64,000 bases of DNA, taken from the NCBI GenBank assembly GCA_965644315.1, contig CBFFRQ010000032.1, positions 1-64,000 of the forward strand, given 5' to 3'. Shown piece by piece: positions 47,000 to 60,526 of this stretch (the stretch's first letter is position 1; the number at the start of each line of letters is the position of its first letter). The position numbers and the translations under genes are program-made. The notes beneath the pieces were generated by a model. That model made no database searches. It was not told the DNA's origin and saw only the letters and a list, made by a program, of their open reading frames with translations. The DNA comes from Caecitellus pseudoparvulus (taxonomy: Eukaryota > Protista > Bigyra: Bicosoecida).

Positions 47000-48928
47000 T
47001 CAATCACTCTCAAATGCATCTGAATCGTCGCCGAAGAGGGAGGCAAGGGCTGCACCCATCTCCACCTCTGGCTCAGATGCCACACTGCTGGCAGTCGGCT
47101 TTGGCTCTGCTGCCGAAGCTGCTGGCAGCGGAGTCGCCTTCGTGGCACGGGCGTTGCGCAGCGACTCAGCCACCGCGTCTGCCTCATCTTCCCACACCAC
47201 CAGCTCCCGCTCCACCCACATGGCGCCACAGGGGGGGCAGTAGTGGTCTCCGCGCTCGTGCCCTGCGACATCCCCCACCCCGTCCACATACAGCAAGTAC
47301 TTCTCTTCCCACCCGCGCTGGTCGCTGCAGACACAGCACTTCAGCGTGAAGCCCAGCTGGCAGTGGTGCCCACAAAGCTTCTCCCCTGCACTGAGCGTGA
47401 AATCTGGCCCAGGTCGCGGGATGGTCTTGAACTCCCGGGGCGCGGTCTTGTTCTGGCGAGGCGCCCCGCTGGCGCTGTCATCCCGCTGCGCACTGCTATC
47501 AACTGTGTCCCGCACGCCAGAAGTCTGGGCCCACCCCACATCCAGCCGCTTTGAAGGAGTCTCTGGGGATGCAGAGCCATGGTCATGCGCGTCACCCTGC
47601 TCCCCTCCCGCCTCGCCCTGGCGCCCTGCCGAGCGCCGTGCAGACCTTGGTCGCCTGCCGCCCAAGCCTTCCTGTGCAGCGCCGGAGGCAGGCGCGAACT
47701 GCTGCAGGCCTCGCCGGGCGAGCCCGCCCTCCTGTGAGTCGCAGCTCACGCAGCTGTCAAAGTCCAGGGGCGATGCGTCCATGTCTTCGATGATGCCAGC
47801 ATCCACGCTGCGAGAGCTGCTGGTGCTGGGGCCAGACGACACGTGCTGGCCCTGCCCCAGCGGCCCGGAACTCACGGCACCCGCCCCAGGAGAAATGACA
47901 GGAAGCAGCCCGCTCTGTGTCTGTTGGCCCGCTGCGGATGCTCCCGTCGAGAGCCCAGCCGCTGGTGGCGTCCCCAGCGGGCTGTGAATGGAGGGCAGGG
48001 GGCTGGCAACTCGAGCCTCTGCACTGGACCGCAGGTGCCGCACGTGCCCCCCCTCCGGGGAAGACCCCTGGCCCGCTCCTTGAACCCTCTGCATCATTGC
48101 AAAAGCTTCATGTGCAAAGGCGCTCTGCCAGTGTGGCTCACACTTCGCCTCTTGCTGGGGCGAAGTCACTGACCCAGTTGGTGTGGACACAGTCGGCAGG
48201 TGCAGCGTTGTGGAGAGCGGGGACACTGCAGGTAAGCGCTCACGAAGCGGCACGTACACCGACTGCCGTGCCCTGCCCCGAGCCAGGGCCTTGGATATCC
48301 TCCTGGCCCTGTCCGCGGAGTCTGCAGCGTGCCGGTCCAGCTCTGCTCGTGGCTGAGCGGGCTTCACGGCCGCAATGCGGCGGAACACGGCCTGCAAAGC
48401 ATGGCGTGGAACAATGACCAGCGTGTAAGCTACACGAAAAGGACGCAACTTACATTATTTTCACGGGCCATGGCGCTCCGCTCCAGCTTCCGTCGCGTGC
48501 CAGAGAGGTTTTTCACGCGCGGCTCGTCGCGGGGATGCTTGGACCCAGCGACACGCTGCAGCTTGCGTACCAGAAGAGCATTGTCGCGGCGAACTGTTCG
48601 GGCTCTCTCTGTGGCAGTGCACGAGCACACGATGCCTCATAGTTGAGAGGAGCGGGGCAACGTCGAACTGGGAAACCGTGCTCGTTGCGGAAAATGAAAC
48701 CGTGCGCCACGCACCGACTGCTTGTGAACTCGGAAGTTTGCGGGAGAGAAACTCAGGCACAAATGGTTGTTTCATGTCAACTGATGCTTGCACATGGCGA
48801 AGCGTGTCTTGGTGCCTTGAGTACGCCCGCTTCTGCCTCTCGTGCTCGACGATGAAATTCGGGTAGGGAAGCCTGGTGCAGGCGGCTGAAACGCGGGCCT
48901 CGCCCCGCCCGCCGACGCCGTCGGCCAT
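47000..48928 (-). CDS. CFAP97/Hemingway (KIAA1430)-domain-like protein with long low-complexity tail, multi-exon
   Basis: Segments YSRHQDTLRHVQASVDMKQP, ERARTVRRDNALLVRKL and RRKLERSAMARENN...FRRIAAVKP resemble the CFAP97 domain. They are split over three ORFs separated by probable introns. Confidence 0.6.
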
Positions 48929-49140
48929 CGCGAGCTGGCACGGCGATGTGCAGGCTGGGTGCCTGTAGCGAACCCATCCATGCCATGGGCGCAGTTTTTG
49001 TGTTTTGACGACGAGTGGCAGTGTTGCAAGGCACCCCGAACTGCCCACACTCCCATCCCCCGGCCCACTCCCCGTTCCCATCCTCACAGCAAGCTTACAC
49101 CAGGTCCAACTTCAGGACTTACAAGTGGATAGATGCATTG

Positions 49141-52100
49141 CTAGTCGTCTGTGTGAGAAGAGGCGCTGCTGGGGGGGCTTCTGGACAGCTGCTGCGCCCG
49201 GCTCCGGATGGTGGCAGCCATGCCCTCATCCAGAGGCAGGTCCTTCAGCACTGACTCCAGCAGGGAGGAGCCGTGGTGGGGCGTTGGCGTGGGGGCTGTG
49301 CTGGGAGACGGTGTGGAGTCCGCCGCGTGCTCTGGCGTGGGCGCGTCGTCCAGCATGCTCCAGAGCAGCTGCCCGCCTGCCGTGGAGGGCGGCTGAGCCC
49401 GGGCATGGCGAGCTCGCAGCATGGCTGATGCCGCTGGGGAAGTGGGGGGGTTGCTGTGGCCAGGCGTGTCCTCAGGCCCTGCTGGGGAAGGGGGTGTGGC
49501 TGGCTGCTGCAGCATGCCGTGCTGTGGTCGCCGTGGGCCAGAGGCGGTGGACCGTTGGGGGGAGGACTGCGGACTGCGCATGTCCTCGCCAGCCTGAGCG
49601 AGGTCCTGCAGGGTGAGGGGGGCGGGCGGTCGAGCACGCCCCGGTGTGTGTCCTGCGTCTTGCGTCACTGGGGAGGTGGTGGTGGTGGTGGGGGTCGCTT
49701 GGGGGGGGCTGCAGTGTGCCGGCGGGGTGTCCGCCACCTCCACCTCCTTCCACGACACGGACTTGGTCGTGGAGGCCAGCGCGCCTGGGGGTGCACGGCG
49801 CGGTGGGGGCGACTGCCGCCGCAGGGCAGCCGTCCCGACCTCCTGAGCCAGCTCCGAGGCCGTCGCAGCTGCGGCTTCAGCGGCAGAGCGCCCTTCCGCC
49901 AGCTGCAGCTGCACACGCAGCAAGGCGGCGTCAGCTTGCTTGACTGCCAGCTCGTCCTCGCACTGGCGCAACTGCTCATGCAGGTCGTTCACCTCGTCCA
50001 CCTTGCCCACCGCGTCCCCCGACAGACGCACCACCTCGCTGCGGCAAAACTCCAGGTCACGCTCCAGCTCCGCACAGCGCTGTGTGGCAGCCGAGGCGGA
50101 GGTGGTGGCAGCTGCCGCCGCTGCTGCGAGCTCTGCCGCGCGCATCTGCAGCGCCTGCACTCGGCCAGCCCCATCAGCGCCTGGCCTGTCCTCGTCCCCA
50201 GCCAGGCGTTGGAGGAAGAGGACCAGTTCCCGCCGCGCTGCCGCCGCCACCTTGCTGGGCATGGAGTCAGTGCCGAGCCCAGACACCCACGGCGCCTGCA
50301 GGCAGGCAGCCTCCGCTGTGGCCAAGGGGGGGTTCAGCGCATCCAGCAGTGCCGTGCGCAGCACATCCGTCTGGCACCCACACTGTGCCAGGGTGCGCGC
50401 CAGGAGGCCCCTGCTCTCTTCTTCAAGGGAGGGCGGCGGCTGGTCAGGCAGACCGGGCAGCGCCGCGTCAGCCGGCATGGGGAACGGCACCTGCGGCTCC
50501 GCATCGATGCCCAGCATTTCTGGGTCTTCGATGAAGGAGACCTGCTGCGCTGTGGCCTCCCGCGCGCCACGCCAGGCGCCCGCCAGCTCGCCCTGGCTCA
50601 GCAACGCAGGCGCCAGCTGCATCACTAGCGTGCCCAAGGTTGCCCCCATGCACCGACACAGCGCTTGCAGCGCGCCCACATGGCTCTGCAGCGCCGTGGA
50701 GGCAGCCCCCACGCGCAGCATCCTGGCGTCCAAGTACTCCACCTGCTGCCTCAAGTTGTGCACTTCAGCTGCTTTGTGTGCCAGAGCTGCCTTGGCGCCG
50801 TCCACGTCAGCTCGCGTCGTCTCCAGGGACCGCCCCGCCTCGGCCAGCAGGGCGTTCAGGCGCGCCGTGGAACCAGGAAAGGCAACGCCGCCGCCGCCTT
50901 CACCCGCGGCGCCTCCCCATCGGCGCATGGCGCCCGCAACGCTCTCAAAAAGACGCTGCACTGCTGGGGCACACATGCCGCAGGCTTGGGGGGGTGGGGG
51001 CTCCGGCAAGTCACCCCCCTCGCCGCCGCCCCCTGTGCTGAGCGTGTCTGAAATGTCGTCCAACGCGTGTGCGATGCAGGCGAACTGTGCGATGACGTGG
51101 CCAGGCCCTTGAAAGGGCTGCTCGGTGGGCGCCTCATCGCCGTCGCCTGGCGTCGAGGCAGCCGCTGCCTGCAGCCACCCGCGCAGGCGCCCCAGCATGC
51201 TGTCAGGCACACACGCCTCTTCCAACATACCCTCCACTTCCTCTGCCTTCACAGCATCCACATCCACCAGCAGGCTCAACACGCTGCTGGCCAGTGCCTG
51301 CAGCGCAGCGGCCCGTGCGCGTTGTCGCTCGGCTGCCTCGCGGGCTGACTGAATGGAGGCTTGCGCCTCGCTGGCTACAGCCAGAGCCGTCTGCATAGCC
51401 TCCTCTGCGTGCGCCTGGGCAGATGCAGCCTGCTGGTACGCGTGTGAGGTGCCAGCTGGCGGGCTGGACGCCTTGCTCTGCTCGCCAGCGGACCCAGCAG
51501 CAGCCCGCGCCTTGAGCGCTTCAGCTTCGCACCCTTCCTGTACAGCCCACCCCATGGCAGTGCAAGCGTCCAGCGCAGCTTCGCGCAGGGCTTCTTCCCT
51601 CGCTCGGCTCTCCTGCACCTGCTTCTGTGCCGCTGTCACACGGCTGCGCAGCTGGGCCACGGCCTTGGCCAGTGACGACCGCGCGATGTCTTCCACGCTG
51701 AGCCCGACAGCGAGAGAGCCAAGCGTGCGCGCGGCGGCTGACGCGCCCGGCGACGCCACGATGGTCTGCTCTACCTCGTCGTCTGCGGGGGGTGCGGAGG
51801 GTGGCGCCACCTGCCCCTGCCGCGCTACCGCCGCCAGCTTGGACACGAGCCTGTCGAAGGCAGCAGCACTGGTCAGTGCGCCATGCAACGCCACGTCAGG
51901 CAGCTGCGGTGACTTCCCCAGGAGATGCTGCTTCAGCACCACCAACAGGCTCTCCAGCGCCCGAGCACGCCCTGCGGCGTCGTCGCTCTCACTGCTCTCC
52001 TCCGCATCGCCAGCGGCAGCGGCAGCGGCAGCGGAGCTCTGCGCCGCCTTCAGCGCAGCGTCGCTCTCGTCAAGCTTCACTTGCAGCTGTGCCTGGGCCT

Positions 52101-53800
52101 CCTTGGCGCTGGACTTTGCACGCTCCAACTCACCTGCTGCCTCCGCCACGCGCTCATCTGCGCGCCGCTTGGCCTTCGCGGCGGCCTCCTCCGCCTCAGC
52201 CACCCGCCGTGTGGCGGCCCGCAGCTCAGCTTCCAGCGCACGTGAGCGCTGCTCAGCCTGGGACAGGCGCAGCGCAGGGTCAGCTCCCACTGCAACGCGC
52301 CACATTTGAAACGCGCGGGGCAGGTGGGCCACGGTGCGGCGTTGGAGAACGCCGCTGAGCGACGTCACCAGCAGCGCTGTGGCACTGTGTCGCTGCAGCG
52401 CTGACCGCTCAGCCTCCGCCTCCGCCAGCGCCTCGGCCTGGTTCTCACACCGCTTGGTCAGCGCGGCGATTGCCGCTCGCTTGTCAGCTGCGGCATCCGC
52501 CTCGGCCTGTGCCAGTGCGGCTCGCAGCTCAGTGATGGCTTCAGAGGTGGCGTCCGCTTCAGCACTGCGCTGTGCCGCGACGGCACGCGCTTCCCGTGCT
52601 CTGGCGGCACTCAACGCTTCCTGCAGCTTTGCTTCCCGTGCAGCAGCGGCGTCTGCAGCCGCTGCCGCTGCCTCAGTGGCCGATGCCGCCTCCCGCTCCG
52701 CCTGCGTCAGTCGCTGCAGGAGCTGCTGGCGCTGGCCTTCGAAGTTGTCCTTTGCAGCGCGCACGGCCGACTCCAAGCCTTGCAGCTGGGCCTGCAGTCG
52801 GGCGTGGGTGCCGCTGCGGTCCGCGTCCAGAGCACTGATCTGCGCCTTGAGACCCTCCACACGGCTGCAGGCTTGGTCGCGCTCCCGCTTCATGGAGGCG
52901 TGCTCGGCCTCCAGCTTGCTGCAACGGCGCTCCACCTGTGAGGTGCAGGGAGGGTGTGCAAGTGGCTGCGTGGCTCTGCGTGGCACTGCGCGGCAGTGGC
53001 TGGCGGTGCTCTCTGTCACCACTGGGCAGCCCAACTGAAAGCGGCACCGGCGCCTGCAACACCTGCGACAGCAGCTCACGCACCTGGACCAAGGCCGAGT
53101 GCTGCTGCGCGAGCTCCGATGAGACAGCACCGAGTTCCTTTGTCAGCTCTTGCTTGTCAGACTGAGAGGGGGAACGGCGCACAGGGCGTGTCAGGAGGCG
53201 AAGGAAGCCTCGCCCGCCAACGCCCGCACCTGCAGCATGGCACACATTTGCCGCAGCTTCATGTTCGCCTGCACCGCCGCTGCCATGGCTGCCTTGCCCT
53301 GCGAAATGTGGACCTGGCCCCTTCCTTCAACAGCAGCTGCTGTCCCTGCTCGACATGCAGGTTCCACACGCGCTGGAAGTCAGCCAGCCCGCTCGTCAGG
53401 TGTGGGCCAAGTTCCGCAAGTGCAGCTCGAGAGGGGGGGGGTGCCTCGGGCACAATGGGGGGGGGGGGTACCTCGCGCACACCTTGCAGGCACAACTTCG
53501 CAATAATTTTGTGCCGAACCTGTAACTGCAATCAAGCCCGCCAGTCGTGCACGCCACCAGTGCCACAACACCAGGCTGCTGCTGTGCCTGGACGTGTGTC
53601 GACACACACGCCAGACACCAGCAAGTGCTTGTGCCCCCGCACAGCACTCCCAGCCTTGCCCACAGCTGTGTGCTTGTGTTCTTTGCGCCCCAGCAAACGA
53701 CACCGGCATCTAGCTGTGACCTGCGCAAGGCCGGCTCCCTGCCATCGCCAGCTCTTTCCACTCGCCGCACCTAGCTCCATCTGAGCTGCGACATCTGGAA
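49141..53800 (-). CDS. Large Ala-rich coiled-coil protein, multi-exon, 5' structure uncertain
   Basis: 1329-aa ORF with heptad-rich segments. Upstream small ORFs (52673-53245, 53259-53531) look like further exons. Confidence 0.65.
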
Positions 53801-53802
53801 AG

Positions 53803-55742
53803 ATGGCAGCTCCCAGCACTGTTGAGGGCCGCCAGCATCAGCCTGCCAGATTCATGGCAGAGACCACCAGCAACTGCACTGCGGGGGGCTCCGCGGGTGG
53901 GTGTTTCGCCCACCCAGCCGCCGAAGCCGCTGCCAGCTCCACGGCTGAAGCCGAGCTGCAGTATATCCGGCAAGAGCTGCGAGGATCTCTTTTTACTGAG
54001 GCAAGCCGCAGCGGAGCAACGTATCGCGTGCACCGAGGATTCCAGCCGCCAGACTGTCGAGGTACGTGCGGAATTCGACGCCGACACGCCCTGGCGTTCT
54101 CCTGGCGTTCGGGGCTCGTGCACGCGCCGTTCCGCAGGACTTGCCCCTCTGGCCGCTTGCAAAGACACACACACTCGCTCTCCTCCACTCTCAGGCTCTG
54201 AGGAAGCTGTGCAGTATTGCTAACACAGCAGAGGTCAACGTGGACATTCAAGCCTGCACCGGCGGCTCACACTGCCTGGCAGCCACCCTCGCCTACGCCT
54301 CAGACAAGGGGGACATGGTGCGCAGCCTCATGCCTTGCGCCAAATCCGCCTGTCAGTGTGCCGGCATCTGGTATGGCCAGTTCGGCTCTGCCAAGCGCAG
54401 CCTGGTGGTGCGCGTGGACTTGGAGCCCCGCCAAGGCGCCAGCACCGCCCCCCCCGCTGCCAAGGCCGTCGCTGCGTTCAGGGAACTCACGCCCTCCGTG
54501 GACGTCGTGCACGTGGACGTCCAGTCAGGCGCGGAGTGCCACCGGGAGCCCGCCCTCACAGCCCGCGCGCAGTGGCGGTGGGAACCCGACGCACCGACGC
54601 ACAGTGCGGGGGGCCACTGGGAGGTCTCCTGCCGCCCCGGCGAGCGCCTGACCCCGGACGGCACCCTGGCACACCTGGAAGTGCGCCTTGGCTCCTTCAA
54701 CACCGTGCGCACCGCCCCCTTTGAGGTCCGCACCAAGCCGTCTGAGTGGGTGTTGCTGTCGGGACTGCCAGCGTCTGCGGCTCAGCCCGGCGCAGTGCAC
54801 GCGCTGCTGCAGGCGTGTGCCGGGCCCAAGGGCGCCTCCCTGGCTGTGCGCCATTGTGTGTGTGTCAGTGTGGGGGGCAGCCTCAGTGGCAGCCACCACC
54901 ACGCCTTCGTGCAGCTCAAGTCTCGCGCCCAGGCGGGCGCGGTGGTGCTGGGGGCACACTCCCTGCGAGCACAGCTCCCCACGACACCCGCCCCTGCCAA
55001 GCGCCCTGGGACAGGCGCCGCTGACACCGCCGCCGCGGCAACAGCCCTCCTGCAGGCAGTGGCCGTGAGTCCCGGCGAGGCTGGCTCCTTCCCCTCTGCC
55101 TGGGCGGCCGACGGCGGCATGCTGGTGTCGCACATCCCCAGCATGAACAGCGTCATCAAGGAAGACCCCGCCTTGACGGGGGTCCCCGCACCCCACGCCT
55201 CGGAGCGCCTGAACCTGCGCAAGGTGCAGCAGGAGGGCGCGCCCGCCCCCCAAGCACTGCCCTCCGGCGAGCCCGCTTGCCGCCCCTGCCTGCACGGCGC
55301 AGAGGCTGCCTGCCACGAGCCGCAGTCGCCCACTGCCAGCCACGACTCGCTGTGCACTGGCCCAGCGCCAGAGGCACACTCCACGGCCAGCTCGGGGTAT
55401 GACAGCGAGTGGGACACGGGCTCCCTCCGCTCCGAAAGCTTCGAGTGCGAAGAGGAGGAGGATGACGTGTTCATCGCGCTGCCTGCGCCCGTGGCACCCG
55501 TGGCTGACGTCAGCAGGGTGCTGCCTCTGCCTGTGATTGGGGGTGTGAAGCGCCGGCGAGAAGCGGAACCCTCCCCCGCCTGCACGCCCCTACTGCCCCC
55601 TGCACACGCCAGCAGCCTGCCCTGCCCTGACCTCCTGCCCCAAGTCACCGACGTGCTGTCCCCCGCCGCACTGGCCGCCTTGCCCTGGCCACCCCTGGCT
55701 CGCCCCCTCTCCCCCGCCTTCTCACTCGCCAGCGCCCAGTGA
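53803..55742 (+). CDS. Hypothetical protein, probably two or more exons
   Basis: ORFs 53803-54201 and 54066-55742, with a probable intron starting GTACGT at ~54062 and ending CTCAG near 54194. No family recognised. Confidence 0.5.
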
Positions 55743-55772
55743 GGCCTCTGCAATGCATTCCGCGGGACGCTG

Positions 55773-57299
55773 TCAAGCGCCAGGCAGCAACTCCAGGATA
55801 CCCCGCAGTCTGTCCAGGTACGCCATGGGTGTCAGCGCTGTGGGCAGGAAGCCGTGCAGGCCGCCTCGCCCCACGAACTGCTCCGCACAACCCTGCACTG
55901 CGGCAGGATCCCCCACTGGCACTGTGCACAGGTACTCCTCAGGAACGTGTGCCGCCACGAACGGGTGCTGGCTGCCGTACACACCCTGTGGGCCCCGCCC
56001 CGTTCCGTACTGCACATCAACGTACCCGGCCCCCAGCGCCACTGCCTCCAGGGCACTGGGCCCCGCGAGTGGATCGCCCAGGGCCAGCAGGTATGCGCTG
56101 TCCGCGAGCAGGGCGTGCCAGGCAGCAGGCTGCAGGTGCCCAGTGCGCTGCAGGCGGCCGCTGCTCTCCAGAGTGCGCATCCACGGCGTCCCCTGTGCTG
56201 CAGTGGTGCGCACGCCTGCCCCCACGGCCGCCGCAGCCGGAACAGCCCGCTGGGCAAAGGAGCTGGCGAAGTACTCTGTCTTCTTGCCCCACAACACCCC
56301 GTGCTGAGGTGCTGCGGCAGATGCCCGCTCACGGCGCCAGCCACGCGGCACCTGCACCCACCCATGGGAGGCCATGCCAGCTGCACCCTGCGCCAAGGCT
56401 GCTCTGCGCGCGTCGGCGGAGTCACCGTGGTCTGCAGCACCAATGCTGGGCGGGAGGAAGAAGCCGAGGTACGTGTTCCACGGCGGCACATCGTACGCCG
56501 TGAGGAGGTGGGCTGGGGAAATGCCCAGCCCCCCATGCCCCAGGCCCGGCGCCCCGAAGAAGTCCAACACAAACGTGCGTGCTTCCTTCCCCACGAGGAA
56601 GGGGCGGGCAGTGTAGCCAGGCCCGAACACCGTCCAGGGGTCCACGAACACCGCCTCGAAATCGCCAATGTGCTGCCCGGCGCTGAAGAACTCCTCGTCC
56701 GACGCCGCCACAGTGACCTCCCACCCCAAGTGCCGCAAACCCGCCACCAGGCAGGACGTCACCAGGATCTCCCCAGCAGGGCCACCCTTGGCCGCCGCAG
56801 CACCGTACGCCGCAATGGTATCCATCGTGAACACCAGCGCCTGCCGGGCACGCACCGGCGCGGCAGCCTGAGGCACCTGCGCCGCCTCCAATTCCACCAC
56901 GGGTAGGGCGGGCTCCAGCGCTGCTGCCATGGCGCCTGCGCCGGAGGAGCCGTCCGAGGAGTCTGCCTCAGCCACTGGGCTGGCCTTGGGGGGGTGGACA
57001 GCGGGGAGCGCCGGCGGCGCGGGGGAGGGAGCCGCCCCGCGCAGGGCACCACCTTCGTCCCTTCCCTCAGGGCTGGCAGCGAAACGAGCCAGCTGGTGCT
57101 CCTTGCCGAGCGGAGCGTGCAGTCCGCCTGGAGTGATGTGCTGGGCGGGGCGAACTGGCAAGCCGCCCAGCTGCCACAGCATCACGCTGCCCCCCACCAC
57201 TAACATGGCCACGAGGAACACCGCGTACACTGCCATGGTGTTTGTTGTGGCGGCGGCTGGGCGCTGGGGCTGTGCCCTGCTCCCTTTCCAACGCGTCAT
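55773..57299 (-). CDS. Glycosyltransferase family 18 (MGAT5/GnT-V-like), type II membrane protein
   Basis: N-terminal TM helix. GGPAGEIL, VLDFFG, NTYLGF, VLWGK, LG.PL.GPSALEAVALG and SQHPF parallel MGAT5 motifs GGPLGELV, VLDSFG, NSFLGF, VYGK, GFPYEGPAPLEAIANG and SQHPY. Confidence 0.8.
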   Translation of the reverse strand: MTRWKGSRAQPQRPAAATTNTMAVYAVFLVAMLVVGGSVMLWQLGGLPVRPAQHITPGGLHAPLGKEHQLARFAASPEGRDEGGALRGAAPSPAPPALPAVHPPKASPVAEADSSDGSSGAGAMAAALEPALPVVELEAAQVPQAAAPVRARQALVFTMDTIAAYGAAAAKGGPAGEILVTSCLVAGLRHLGWEVTVAASDEEFFSAGQHIGDFEAVFVDPWTVFGPGYTARPFLVGKEARTFVLDFFGAPGLGHGGLGISPAHLLTAYDVPPWNTYLGFFLPPSIGAADHGDSADARRAALAQGAAGMASHGWVQVPRGWRRERASAAAPQHGVLWGKKTEYFASSFAQRAVPAAAAVGAGVRTTAAQGTPWMRTLESSGRLQRTGHLQPAAWHALLADSAYLLALGDPLAGPSALEAVALGAGYVDVQYGTGRGPQGVYGSQHPFVAAHVPEEYLCTVPVGDPAAVQGCAEQFVGRGGLHGFLPTALTPMAYLDRLRGILELLPGA

Positions 57300-57859
57300 G
57301 GTCGCGGCCCTCGAGCCTCGTCAAACTCCGCACTCAGTTTCCGCACTGCCAACTGGCAACTGGCAGCGCCTTCAAGACTTTCCAGCGGCGGTCTTCCCAG
57401 CAGCAGATTGTCCTCAGCAGATACTCCCACGCTAATCGCACAAATCCACTCTTGTGGCGTCGAGCAGGGCCCGCCCCGCCGCACTCGAGAGGCAGCGGGC
57501 AACACGCCAGTGAAGTGCGCACGACGCAAGAGCAAGAGAAAAAAGCTTCCTCTCAAACGGGGTAAAGTCTGTGCCGAGTGCATTCCGTCCAGAGCCGAGC
57601 TTCGTGGAAGCGGTTTCATGTGGCTTTTGTTCATGGACTCTCTCTACGCAGGACGTGACGTTGGCTTCCTGCGCGCTTAGTAGCTGCACAGGTTTCTAGC
57701 AAAATGCAAGCTTTGGCTCTGTTTACCGGCAATTTTGCGTTCACTTCAACTTTTACAGGTCTCACAGCCGACCACTGCACACACTGCCAACACCATTTTG
57801 CCGTGCGACACGGCATCTGCATCCCAGCGGTGTTTCATCGTTGGCGATTGCCTCCCCAA

Positions 57860-60099
57860 TATGTCGCACTCGGCGCGAGCTGCGACTCCACACCACGTCC
57901 AGATGCAGCCGGCGCATGACGAGCTGGCCCCTGCTGCCGTTCTAGGGGCCTTTCTGACCCATCCCAGCAGCACAGCAGCGCACGGCTCAAGCAGCTACTG
58001 GGCCTGTGCCGAGCGGTTCGAGCTTGGCGAGGATGAGCAACAGGATATTGTTGCAACTGCTCTCACGATGCTGAGCCACGGGCGTGGAGTGGTGACGCTG
58101 CAACGCACCGCAAGCAAGCAAGATGTTTCAGTAGGCTGTTTTGTTCCGTCTCCAGGCGCTCCTGCTCTCACAGTCGTGCTGGCGAGCGGGGCGTCCGGTA
58201 GCCTGGCTCAGGTACGAAACGCCGGCGAAACTCTGCTGCACTTGTCTCGCACTGCGCTCCACTCCAATCAAGCAGACTGCCGTTCTGAGCATGGCAGAGT
58301 GGCTGAGTCTTGTGTGTGGACCCTTCTACAAGGACATGCCCTCGAGCTGCGAAGTGAGTGGGTTGCAGGCGGGCGAATGCCCGCAGCACCCTGGACGCCG
58401 TTGACCCCCCTTGTGCAGAGTTGGCAAGGAGTCCTGCGTGAGCTGTGCGCCCTGTGGCACGAAGCATCTTCAGTGGGGAGCAGTGCGCATGGCGTGGTGG
58501 GCGCCAGTGCGTCCCTGTCGCCTGGCGTGTTCCTTGCCGCAGAAGCTGGCGGTACGTGCCTCACTGCACGGGCGGCGGGCGTGGAGTGGGCTGAGCCCCC
58601 CGCGCAGCTGCTGGCAGCGGTGGACGACCAGGTGCGAGGAGAAGCAGGCCTTGTGTATCAAGGCTGTGTCCTGGCCTCCTGTGGGGGTGTGGTCGCCAAC
58701 TCACTGGTCTCGCCGCACCTCCTACCGGCTGCGGGCCTTGCGCTGGCGACAGCAGAGCACGCGGCGCGATACCCCTCCTTGGTACCCACCATGCAAGCCT
58801 CTCTGAAGGTGCACCGCATCAGTGCCACCAGTTCAGAAGGCTGCCATCACCTGACTCAGGTCTTGTATGTGCCCTGCGCCTCCCAGGCGCTCGCTGAGCC
58901 CAGCAGCTGGCAGGCACTCTGGGTGGAACGGACCGCCCCTGCCTCTGGCCAGCCCCCGCACACAGGCGCGGTGCTGTGGGTGGTGTCCAGCAAAGACTCC
59001 ATGGCCGCTGCCTCAGCGATGTCCTGTTCCTTTCCGAGCAGTGTATCTCTGTGAGCCAGGCTCGCGCCACATGCCAGCGCACGCACCGCAACACAGGGCT
59101 CACTCGCTCCGCGTCGCAGGGGACACATGTCGCAAGTGTGCCAGACAGTCCACGCAGCAGTGTTGAAGCGCGCAGCGCCGGCCCTGGCGACGGCACCCCT
59201 CCTGGCCCCCGTGGCCAGCGACACGCTGCCGCCCTCCCTTCACAGTCGGGTGCTGCCCTCCACGGCAGGGCTGCCAGGCGCAGTCGTGCGAGCCGCCTCG
59301 GAAGCTCAGCAGCCTGGCCACATTCTGGCGCCCGCGTTTGCCGCGACGGAGTCCAGTCAATCCTTCTCCACTCAAGTGTGCGTGTTGCGCTTGTGCACGC
59401 ACAGCCCAGCCGCCACCGAATGGGCATTCGATATGCCCCCCCCCTGTCCACAGTGCCACTCGGAGTGGAAACCATTTGCTGCATTTCCTTGTTCTGCAGC
59501 CGGACCTTCGCATGAGAGTGGTACCCCCTATTCCTGCCCACCACAGTGGTCCGCATCCACCCGAATCTGGCAGCGACTTCGTGCACCCGTGGGTGGCTGC
59601 AGTTGAAGCTGCCTTTGCCGAGGCAGTCCCGTGGCTTCAGGCGCAGTTGTCAGCATCAAGTGCGCCAGGCTCTGGCACTTTTGATGAGGGAGGGCGACTC
59701 TCACCCTCCTCTTTGGTGCCGTCACCACCAGCGAGCGTGGCCACGCCGAGTTCGTTGTCGGAAGGGCTGCATTTGAGCGGACCGCCCAAGCAAGTGCGGG
59801 GCGAGCACCAGGGGGCAGGGCAGCCAAGGAGGCAGGGTGAACCCCCAACCTTGTCAGGCGCCCACGTTCAAACCTGCACGTGGCCGGATGCAGGCCCACC
59901 ACCCCCCGCTCGTTGCTTGACCCTGTCAGAAGCCTCCTTGTCGGTTGAAGTGCAGACCCCGGATGGCGCATTCTCTGTGCTCTTCGTCGGTCGCCGTGAA
60001 GCTGAAAGTGAAGGGTCTCCGTCCTTTGTCTTCTTCGCGCTTGATGAGGGGGCTGTGCAGGACACAGCGGCGGTAGCACGGCATGTCAAGGCCGCGTGA
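57860..60099 (+). CDS. Hypothetical protein, multi-exon
   Basis: Consecutive long ORFs 57735-59054, 59127-59606 and 59338-60099. No family recognised. Confidence 0.45.
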
Positions 60100-60526
60100 T
60101 GATCGGCCTGCCCGGCTCGGACGCCACTGGAGCTTGCCGGAGGTCGCGGTGGCAGCGATGCGAAGTGCCGCCGCATGCAACTTCGCCCCGCAACCCTTGG
60201 ATCAGACATCGTTTACGGCGATCTTTTCCCATTCTGGTGGTGTGTGCACAGGTAGTGCTTTGCAGACTTCAGATCTGCTGAGCCTTGCACGTGCCCGTGC
60301 GCCGTTGCAACAACCCCAGCCGGTGGACCTCGCTGGAGACGAGGCAGATGATTCAGCATTGAGATGCAGCTGCCCTGTCAGTTGGTCCCCTCCGGTCGGC
60401 GGAAGGTGCGGCAGCTGGCTGACTTTCCCTGCCTTCGGCCGCCGCGAGGAGACCAGGGCTCGCTCCCGCACACCGCCGGGCCCCAAAATCGATTCCGTGC
60501 CGCGAAGGCGACACTCAACGCTACAT

